Shown: positions 22,580 to 32,383 of the stretch, one piece after another
Numbering within the stretch: the first letter of the stretch is position 1
Layout of the letters: every line of letters begins with the position of its first letter
Assembly (NCBI RefSeq): GCF_048593235.1
Contig: NC_133619.1
Location: forward strand, 583,413,963-583,477,962
Length of the DNA: 64,000 bases
Direction: 5' to 3'
Origin: Sminthopsis crassicaudata
Taxonomy: Eukaryota
Program-made: the position numbers and the translations under genes
The notes under the pieces: model-generated
What the model was told of the DNA's origin: nothing
The model's database searches: none
What the model saw: the letters and a program-made list of their open reading frames with translations, nothing else

Positions 22580-24638
22580 AATTTTTAATTTCCTTGCTCT
22601 GAAACAAAGTTTGTGCCTCTTTGGAATCTGGCATGTTTTGGAGGCAGGGGGCTTTCTGGTTCTTAAGTTTTATGAAATTTGGGTCAGTTACTTGCGAACA
22701 TTGAAGTGTAAAGTTTAAAAATATATACATATATATTAAAGACGGGACAGGAAAGATTGATTTGTAAAAGTAATTAATAGTTTAAATGGAGCTATGATAT
22801 ATTGGGTCGGAAAGCATGGTGGTGTGGGGGAAGGGTGACCACGTGGAGAGGTCCCTCCTCCCATTAAGTATAGTGGGGTTTTTTTTGTTTGTTTGTAATA
22901 ACTGCACCTCCTTGCTGATTTAGATATTAATTATTTCTACTGTTTAAAGGAACAGCCTACATTTATATGGTGTTAATAACTGAATGTTTTATTTTTATTT
23001 TTCAAGTCTATAACTGTTCTAAGGAGTTGGAACTGAAGTTTTCTGAAAGCAAGTTATTCAATGTTTATTTACATGCATGATAGTCTCCTTTTTTAAAGAT
23101 TATTTTAATCTGATCTGATAATTTGATAGGGTTATTTGCAAAAATTTTAATCCTTTTCAGAATGAAGAGAGTATTAATGTTAACTCTGAAAGATCTGAAA
23201 GTTTCTTTTCTGTGGAAACGGGATGGACAACATGAGATTTTGAATTTTTCTTGTATTGAGTATTTTGAAGGCAAAATAATCTGTAATGTTAAACCTAGAA
23301 CCATCTACTTTATGAAAGAGACTGTATAATCTGTGAACTTCCTAGGATGAATCTTTACTGTGATTCTTGAGAACTAGATTCACCTGAAGCCTTGATTAAT
23401 GATAATTGCTGTAGGAGATAAAATCTTTTGGGACTGAAGCTAATATTTACTTGGAGTTTTGAATTCAGGTCGTTAAACTCCACCATCTGGAGGTGGGATG
23501 GTTAAAATTAGGACAGCTACCTGAAGTAAAACTGCCTTAAATCATGCCCCTGGTTTTTCCTCTTATGTTTGTAATCAGAGCCAAGTGGGCAGTGAGCCGT
23601 ACAGTGCTAGGACCGCTCCCACTTTGCCTTTCTTTTGGAGACAAAGCTGGCAATCTCTGGAACCCCAATCCTAGACTCCTGACTATAGATCTATATTCAG
23701 ATGTTTTAACTTAAAATCCCAAACACAGCTTTAAATTCCCAATAATATAAAACTACTTTGCTATCATATTTAAAACAATGAACTTCACTAAATAGTGGTT
23801 TCTTTCCCCCGGCCTGCATGGCCCTGCTGCAGTCAGGACATGTGGGAGGAAAAGGAAGGAAGCCACCATCTTCACTGGCTCAATCCCACATACTTCCCCG
23901 TGTACAGGGTTTCTGATCCCAAATGGGATCTACTAACAGGTATTTCTGGCCAGCTGAAACGGCCCCTGCTTCAAAAGACATATTTCTCTTCCCCACCCGA
24001 AGGCCCCTGGAAGGGATAATGGAATTAAATCCTCTCAGGTCCTTCCCTTCAGGTACCATTTAATCCTTTTGGCACCACCAGTCTGCAACAAAACAACAAT
24101 ACCTTATCCGCTTTTTCTTGCTTTTTATTTTTCCTCATATTTTGGCAGTTTGTTCCAATTACTTAATTTATCTCCCAAGGGACTATCTACCGGTATTTTC
24201 TGATATTTTTCTCATTTCTCTCCACAAGGGCTGGCTGGGACTAGGCCACACCCATTGAATTTGGAAGGAGTTTAACAGACTCCTAAACGCCCAAACACGC
24301 TAACCGTCACCGGTTAACTCAGTCACCCAGGAAGGCCTAGCTCTCTTCCTGTCTACCGTCTACAGCCCCCTCCAGAACCTATAACTAGACTCAAGGGGCT
24401 TCACAGGATGCTTACCTCTGGGTTGCTGCGCAGCAAATTTCTTGACTGATCTGTCCTCCACCAACCGGTTGGGATTTTCACCGCGGAGTTTCCGTTGCTT
24501 TTCTCTGAGTTTCTCCACTTCGGGTCCACTCTACGTCAGGGAGCAAGGAGAAGCCCCTGGAAGCTGGCGGGCTGCCTAAATCAAGGCAGGGCGCCTCCCC
24601 GCCAACACCCAGGAGTTCACTTACTCACTGAGTAAAGG

Positions 24639-24655
24639 ATCCGGACTAGCCCCCA
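24639..24655 (-). other. Primer-binding site for tRNA-Pro
   Basis: TGGGGGCTAGTCCGGAT versus canonical TGGGGGCTCGTCCGGGAT (1 substitution, 1 deletion), adjacent to the LTR end. Confidence 0.85.
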
Positions 24656-24660
24656 AACTG

Positions 24661-25101
24661 TGTGGTGCGGAAATGGTGAGGGGTCACCATTTAATAAAAA
24701 AGCTGGAGAGAGCTCTAGAGAAAAGCAAAGTTTATTGTACATTCTCGCGAGAAGGGCGTCCCAACCCTTCGAGTAGACTATCGAAGAGAGGAAGCACCTT
24801 CTGTGGGCAGGACAGCACCTTTAATCCCTAACGCAAAACGCCCCCTCCCACCACTGACCCTCATCCTCATTGGCTGAGAGTCTTACATTCTAACCGCGAG
24901 ATCTACCCATGAAATTGAACTTGACCAATAAGTACATAGTTGCCCATATTTGGATGAAATAGGGAGATGATATCATAGGAGGGGAAGGCAATGTCCTTTG
25001 CTCGAACTTCAGAGTCCTTCAGGCCTACTGGAACTCTGAAGTGGATGAAGCCTTACTCGATTTTCACAACTGTCCTGAAAGATCTCACCTCATCTCATTC
25101 A
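24661..25101 (-). mobile_element. Complete ERV LTR family A
   Basis: TGAATG...CCACA; CCAAT at 24873-24869, GC box, GATTAAAG, AATAAA at 24736-24731. The 3' end could be 24659 instead of 24661. Confidence 0.92.
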
Positions 25102-25490
25102 AACTGGAACAAAATCAAGAAGACTTGGGGCAGAACTATTGTCTTGATACAATCAGAGAAGATCTGAAGAAAGGTCTGGCATTGGGATTAAACTGTCTAA
25201 AGTCCAAATACCCTTAAACTAGCTCAGCAGAATCATCAAGTGAACTGTTTACAAGAAAGTAAAGAAAAAAATGGACATTCATGAATATAATTTCTTCTAC
25301 TAATACAAATATATACTTTCTTGATCTAGTAATTTGTTGTTATATATTTTGAATCATCCCTGATGTTCTGCTGGGCACGATGTGCTCTTTTGCTTGCTTT
25401 ATTTTGTTTTGTATTTGTATTTTTTTTACTCTTTTTTCAAATAAAATAAATTGGAAAAAAACATTTCCAAAAAAAAAAAAAAAAAAAAGG
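25102..25490 (+). mobile_element. LINE-type 3' end with poly(A) tail
   Basis: Ends AATAAA...A-run; interior matches my recollection of a dasyurid LINE 3' UTR. Family uncertain. Confidence 0.55.
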
Positions 25491-25690
25491 AATTCCCTCC
25501 CCCCCCCCCAAAAAAAAAAGGATCTGAAATCAGGTCTTCTGATTTCAAATGCATCAGCTTCTTGAAGATCCTAAATATTTCTCTGGCTGACTAGGAGTCA
25601 AAAAAAGAAAAAGGAAAAAAGAAGAAGCTTTCAAACAATCCCTAATGCTATGAATTGAGTTATCTTTGCCTACTCAGAATCCACTGAGTA

Positions 25691-25725
25691 ACTGCATTTC
25701 AAAGAGTCGCCAGCAGGTGGCAAGA
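25691..25725 (+). promoter_or_regulatory. CTCF site with upstream module
   Basis: Core TCGCCAGCAGGTGGCAAGA (25707-25725) fits CCASYAGRKGGCR; ACTGCATTTC (25691-25700) lies 6 bp upstream. Confidence 0.7.
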
Positions 25726-27027
25726 GAAAGCAGAAGATGGCAGATGGCTTAACAGAATGCGACTTAACAGAAATCTCACCAGGTGAGAATAGAGGAAGAG
25801 AAGCAGGTGACCATAGCAAGGACAATAGCACAACATTGAACATGATTAATGGTATCACTGGACCAACAGATAACAATAGCGACACAAATAGCAACATCAG
25901 ACAAGGAAAGAGATTTTTGTATGGATACCACCCTATTGTTATTTGCCAATGCTATTCCAGTTCTTCTGAGCAACTTAAATTTAGACATTAGTGAACCCCC
26001 TTCAGTCACTTAAAATCTTGTTTCCTCAGTTTCCTCAAATGTAAATGGAGATAATAAGAACACTCATCTTGCAGAGTTGTTCTGTGAAGCAAATGAGACA
26101 AAAATTGTAGAACACTTAGTACAGTGCCTGGTATGTAGTAAGCACTATATAAATATTATTATTATTATGTCATCTATTTTAAGTATATGTTGGCCTCAGA
26201 GTTTGAATATAGATATTAAAATCAAGACTTCCAAGAAAAGAGAAGGCCAAGACCATGCAAACAGGAGGTTCATGACAATGTTTCCTATATGAATGAATGG
26301 ATCCACTAGATGACACAGCTCTGTTCCCAAGACACCCTTAGGTAGAAGCTCTATCTCTGTTCTGGGTACTCAGAACATTCATTTGGTCTAAAAATGTGAT
26401 CATTAATGACACCATAGTGTCAGAGCTGTGTTTTCAAAGCCACAGATAGTGATAAGAATACTCCTAAAACATTATGGAGGCATCATAAGTAGCACCAGAA
26501 CCAACTCTTAATAAGACCTAGTACTGCTAAAATATTTATGACCAGCGGTGTCCCATGTTTTTAGAGTGAATTAGCATCAATCATATGAATTTACTGGGTT
26601 GTGAGATCATAGATTTAGAACCAGAAACAATTATATCAAACTTTTCATTATCCAAAGAGGTTAAGGTATATAGAACAAGAAGCAGAGCTGGAACTCGAAA
26701 TAGTTTTTCTGCTTCCAAATCCAATGTTCTATCTACTAGAGACATGAACATCCATATACAAATATCCTATTATCTTATTCTACTTTTTGTAATGACTCTT
26801 TTTCTCCTTTTCCCCTTCCCTTCAATTCCCTAATTTCTGTACTCAGTTATATTTAATCTCTGGTGTTTTTTAAGAACTCTTTAGCCTCATCAATTTCCAG
26901 AGCTGGTTCATGTTGTATTCCCATTGGAGTTGTGACAGCTGATGTGGCTCTATCAGGCTGGAGGGTGGAGAGAAAGAAAATGAGGCAGTAAGGACAACTC
27001 ACAAAACAGGATAAATAGACCACTTAC

Positions 27028-27082
27028 CAGCCTTATGTCTCAGAACTGACCTCATTGGCGAGGCAGGTAGGTTCTTGTAAGT
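27028..27082 (-). promoter_or_regulatory. Candidate 55-nt non-coding exon
   Basis: Acceptor cttccccctccttcctactctcctAG (27084-27083), branch-like TTTAC 26 nt upstream, donor CTG|GTAAGT at 27027. Confidence 0.55.
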
Positions 27083-27329
27083 CTAGGAGAGTAGGAAGGA
27101 GGGGGAAGTAAACTTTGAGAGGTTTAGGGGGAGTTCTGTACCCAAATGAGGTAGGGTCTGTTAATTCCAGGCAAGTACCCCATGTTTGCAGCTATACAGC
27201 CCTCAGGACAAGGGGATAATGGTTATGCTCTTAGATTTTCAGAGCTTCTTGAGAAAGAATAACTTCCTAGTGAATTACTAGAGAGGCAAATTTGAGATTT
27301 GAGGGATTTTTGCTCTTGTACCAGAATTG

Positions 27330-28380
27330 AGATGGCTGGTCAATCAGTAATGTAGACTTATTAAGGGCCTACTATATTCCAGGCATTGAGCTAAGTGCTA
27401 ACGATACAAAGAATAGCAAAAAACAAACTTCGTTTTCAAGGAGATCACAATACAATGAGGGAGACAACACAATGTAATTACAAAAAAAAAAATGTATATG
27501 GACCATAAATTTTGGGGAAAGCAGTAAAGTTAAGGAAAACTAGGAAAGACTTCTTGCAAAAAGTTGGCATTTAAAGGAAGTCAGAGAAGCAAGAAATCAG
27601 ACATAAGGAAGAAGAGTATTCCAGGAATGGGAACAACCAGTAAAATACATTGAGAGTCATGAAATGAAATATCATGTGAAAGGAATGGCAAGGAAGCCAA
27701 TGTCATTACAGCCCAGAATATATTGAGAAGAGTAAGGTGTAAGAAGATTGAAAAAGGTAAGAAGCAGCCAAGTTATGAAGAGCTCTAAAAGGCAAAGAAT
27801 TTTACATTTGGCACTATGGGAACCATTAGTTTGGAGTGAAGAAGAGCGATGTGATACAATTAAACTTATGTTTTAGGAAACCCAGTTTTCCAACTGAGTG
27901 AAGAATGGATTGGAGTAGGGACAGACAAGGCAGAAAGACCAAGAATCTATTGCAAATTACTACTAAAATAGTAATCTATCATAATATCCTGCTGACATAA
28001 AGTAATGAGGACCTGCACCAACACAATGTCAGCATCAGTTGAGAGAAAGGAGCATTTATGACTGATAATATGAAGATTAAAATGACATAACGACAACTAA
28101 TTGAATAAAAGGGTGAGAGGGGGTAAGAATGAAAAGAGTGAAAGATCATGAGCCTAGATAACTGGAAGAATTGTGATACTCTGGACTGTAAAAGAGAAGG
28201 TAGAATAAGGGGAGGGTTGCCTCGTGGACTGGGAGTGGTCAGATAAGGAGAGAGAACCAAGAGAACACACTATCACAAAAACATAGAGAAAAAGAAACTA
28301 TCAAAGAGAAGAGGGTAATCAGTAGTGTCATATGCTCCAGAAAGGTCAAGAAGAATAAAGACTGAGGCAAGTCATTGGAG
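27330..28380 (-). mobile_element. L2 3' region
   Basis: ttattaagggcctactatattccaggcattgagctaagtgct followed by a long purine-rich L2 body. Confidence 0.75.
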
Positions 28381-28410
28381 CACAGGCATCAAATAAACAC
28401 AGAACAATTA

Positions 28411-28743
28411 AATAAAGGAAATTAAATGTGCAAATCCTGAGGTGAAGAGAATCCAGAAAGAGCAGTGTTCACCTCCAAAGATGGATCTCTTTATTGATGA
28501 AGTTTTGTAGACAGAGGGAGATCAGAGAGTTCTTCCAGTCCTCATCATATCACAACAACAGGTGGTCTGCATATAGGACCAGTCCTACATATGAGTCACT
28601 GAACCATTGGCTAAAAAAGGAACCTCTTTTCCTAGAGCCATCTCTCTGGAAAGAACTCTTGGGAACTGCTGACTGCTTAGAATAAAGGTAGGGAATGAAA
28701 TGATTCAATGTGTCCCCTTCCAGTCTTTCTTCCAATCCTGGAT
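28411..28743 (-). repeat. Left arm of inverted duplication (promoter/first-exon-like)
   Basis: Reverse complement aligns to 30190-30524 with about 17 substitutions and 3 small indels. Confidence 0.95.
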
Positions 28744-30189
28744 ACTTTCCATCTTCTCATACAAACAGTTTTTTGCTCCTTCTAAACCTTTTTTCTATAT
28801 TCACCTCTTACGGGAAGCCTTCCCAGTTTAATTCAGTCTAATTCCAAATGGCTAAGTTATCACAGCCTCCCTACAGGCACATATAATAAAATGTGAATGT
28901 GTCCGTGTTCTTCTGAGCTAATATGGTATATTTTAATGAGCTAAATATGAAATAAAATCAAAGCACCACTCCCTGTTATGCTACCAAGGAGAATTCCTGA
29001 TAGGCTTTTAACCTTTTTGTTTGATTGTCATGGACACCCTTTGACAATTTGATGAAGTCTATGAACCCCTTCTAGAGCAATATAGAATAATAAATAAATA
29101 AAAATAGAAATAATAATAAATATAACATAATAGAAGAATTCAAAGGAAACTAATTATATAGAAATACAATTATCTAACTAACTATAGAGGTATCTATATG
29201 AGTAGGTAGAGTTTAGGAAAGAATGTGGGGATAAGGAGAAAGGTGAGAAAGAATCACCATGAAGAAAATTGAAAGATATGAAGAAAAAAGATTGAAGTTA
29301 GTTTTGGGAAAGGAAGAAAAAACAGGTTTTGTTGTTATTGAGACATATTCAATCATATCCAATTTTTCATGACCCTTTTGGGGTTTTCTTGGCAAAAGTA
29401 TTAAAGTGGTTTGCCACTGATTCAAACAGGGTCAAGTGACTTGTTTAGAGTCATATGGCTAGTATTTGAGTCTGGATTTGAATTGGGGTTTCTTGACTCC
29501 AAGCCTGGAGCTCTACCCACTGCAGCTACCCCTAAGGAATGGGTTTCTAAGCACAAAAGCTCTTTAGGAAGGAGGTTTAATATATGTCTCTCTCTTTACC
29601 TTTGAGAGCCCCTGGAAAAAGCCCAGGTATAAATTCTCCAAAGCATGGAAGGTACTTTTGATGCTTTTCAGATGCTTGTTCTTAGAAATTTCATCCTTCA
29701 GTTTTCAGGTTTAATCTAAGATTGCCTTCTTGTGGCACTGTGAGCCTGTGTTCTTCTGCCCATAAAATTAAGTTTCATTCCTATTCCTTGTAACAGGAAC
29801 ATCAAGAGAATATGAAGATGGCATAGCAAAAAATCATAGCATAATACAGAAAGTAACTGTCTGAGGTGGAATTTGAATTCAGGCTCTCCTGATTCTAAGG
29901 CTACTGTTCACTGCTGGTCCTATCCATAATACTAAACTGCCACTCATTCAGATCAAATTTTAACTTGAAACATAGGTTACCCTCAAAGCTCAAAAAAAAA
30001 AAAAAAAAAAAAAGATACTCTTTTCCATTTAGCTGAACATGAGCCTTCTTGATCTTTGTTTTCTCCTTTTTAACACTGAGGAACACTGAGTTCTTAGAGT
30101 CACTGAACCTATCTATACAAATACCTGCAGTCACAAGGAATGGATGTAGGTGGTGGACAAAGCAGAAGGGAGCTCAGCCTACTGGGTGA

Positions 30190-30524
30190 ATCCAGGATTG
30201 GAAGAAAGGCTGGAAGGGGACACATGAATCACTTCATTCCCTACTTTTATTCTAAGCAGTCAGCAGTTCCCAAGAGTTCTTTCCAGAGAGATGGCTCTCT
30301 AGGAAAAGAGGTTCCTTTTTTAGCCAATGGTTCAGTGACTCATATAAAGGGCTGGTCCTATATGCAGATGACCTGTTGTTGTGATATGATGAGGACTGGG
30401 AAGGACTCTCTGATCTCCCTCTGTTTGCAAATCTCCACCAATAAAGAGATCCATCTTTGGAGGTAAACACTGCTCTTTCTGGGTTCTCTTCACCCCAGGA
30501 TTTGCACATTTAATTTCCTTTATT
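30190..30524 (+). promoter_or_regulatory. Right arm of inverted duplication; candidate promoter/first exon of the OR at 32384
   Basis: O/E-like TCCCAAGAG and TTCCAGAGA, CCAAT, TGACTCA, TATAAA at 30343-30348, donor GAG|GTAAAC at 30463. The duplication is certain; the promoter role is inferred. Confidence 0.6.
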
Positions 30525-31307
30525 ATTATTATTATACCAAAGGAATTTTGGGAAGTGTTAGAGAAAAGAAGAGAGAAGCCCTGCCTGCCTAGAACAGAAA
30601 ATCCAAGACTCACACAAATTCCTCACACTGTAAGTTCTCCCTTCCCTTTATGGAATGCTTATCTATCTCACTCTATTTTCTTGTGGGTAATAATTGTCAA
30701 TGCAGTTGATTCCAGCTATTCACCCTATTTTTACTTCGTCAGGAAGAGGAGATAGATTATAAGAGATTACCCATGAATTCCTTATTCAGTGAAACAGCCT
30801 TTACTCTTGAGGAATTCTCTATCTATGAGAGGAAACTAGGAGAATTGGTCCCAATACTTGGTGAATCTAAGTCTATGTAGAAATTATATATTTTTAAAAA
30901 TGCAGTTGCATCCTCTTTAAAGTATTTTAAAATGTACTTTCTGGGAAAATTATTTTTTTCTAAAATATAAACAAATTTTGGAATTAGCTAGAGTTTTTCA
31001 AAGCTTTTCTAGATGGTTTTGTGAAAAGAGTTCTGAGTCTAGAGTGACAAAGATCTGAGTTCAAATACAGTCTCAGATATTTATTAATTGTAGGCAAAAG
31101 AGAAGGAAATGATAAACCACTTAGGTTTCTTTGCCAGGAAAATTCCATGGACAGGATGGGGTCAGGACACAACTGAGTGACTGAACCACAACAAAAGGAA
31201 TGAATTCTATGGAAATTTAGAATTGCCTAGGAGGAAATGGGGAAACTGGGGGATTTCTCCTTTAAAAGATAAAATCTGGTCTTTCATAGGATCAGAAAAA
31301 TTCTTCT

Positions 31308-31435
31308 NNNNNNNNNNNNNNNNNNNNNNNNNNNNNNNNNNNNNNNNNNNNNNNNNNNNNNNNNNNNNNNNNNNNNNNNNNNNNNNNNNNNNNNNNNNNN
31401 NNNNNNNNNNNNNNNNNNNNNNNNNNNNNNNNNNN
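31308..31435. other. Assembly gap (128 N)
   Basis: Run of N. Confidence 1.
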
Positions 31436-32383
31436 CAAACTCAGAATAATCAGTATTGCTAATGACCATTTAAAAAGGCAACAAGCCTTTCTTTTATCCA
31501 TTTAAATTAAGTCATATGGATCAGAAAGCCACTAACAGAAAATTAATTCACCAATGAATATTTTAGAAATGATGGGCTAAATGAAGCATTTGAGGTTTTA
31601 AGTGGAAATAAGGAGGTAACAATGTTTTTTTTGAGACCCAGACAGATCAAAAGGTGAATTGAAATTTCCTGAAAGTGTGATAGAAGATAGTCTGATACTA
31701 AGATCTTATTTCAATAATTCAAAAGACTGGAGATTTCATCAGTGTAGCTATTTCCTCTATTGATGAAAACCCAGATATGCCTTCATGAGTTATTCTAGAC
31801 AAAAAACACCTCTCAGTGAACTTGCTTTCACTAAATTAAGTTGTCAAAAGACAGAAATAATGTGTGTCCTTAGGCAAACATTCTATATCTTCTTAATTTG
31901 GGAAGCCCTGTTTCCATTTCACTGACACAGTCTTTGAGAACTAGGGGTCATGAATCAGTATGAGTTTTATATTTAGTCCTGATTGCCTAAAACAAAAGTC
32001 AGCTTAAAAATGATTGATAAATGGTTTAATAAGGAAGTATTAAAATGTGCCTAAGTATTTATATTTCTCTAAATCACATACAAAATTATACTTTGCCTTA
32101 AATCACTAAATATATAGGACTATTACAGATTGGGTCATATATATGTGTGTACATATATACATATATATGCTTTGTAAAAATTTGAATAGAAAAATAAATA
32201 ATTGGCTTAAGTGTACTTTTTGATTCACTTCTTGGGAAAGTTCAACTAGCTGAGCCATGATGTTAAGCTCTAGTACCTCTATTATTTAATTGACTCTTCC
32301 ATGACTTACATGCACAATGCTTAAATGTGTTTATCAAACCCCAGATTCCTTCCTGAACACTTCTCAAAGACCTGGCTTTGGGG

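Larger units (their letters stand above)
22566..24658 (-). mobile_element. Deleted class I ERV internal region: leader, gag remnant, AT-rich segment, 3' UTR
   Basis: Bounded by PBS and PPT; GC-rich leader with splice donors; frameshifted IPVDSPLG...NW...KKKRIRYCCFV near 24200-24090. No pol or env ORF is recognisable. Confidence 0.75.

Noticed and set aside
22600-22860. Possible env C-terminal remnant before the PPT
   Set aside because: Similarity to env TM/cytoplasmic tail is too weak to support without a search.
25737-26009. Asn/Thr-rich ORF, hydrophobic antisense ORFs and repeated ATAGC motifs
   Set aside because: No OR, env or other recognisable motif in any frame, and no convincing splice context. 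The repeats are short and irregular.
32378-32383. Track start of the third OR
   Set aside because: The codon is TTG; the first ATG is at 32384.
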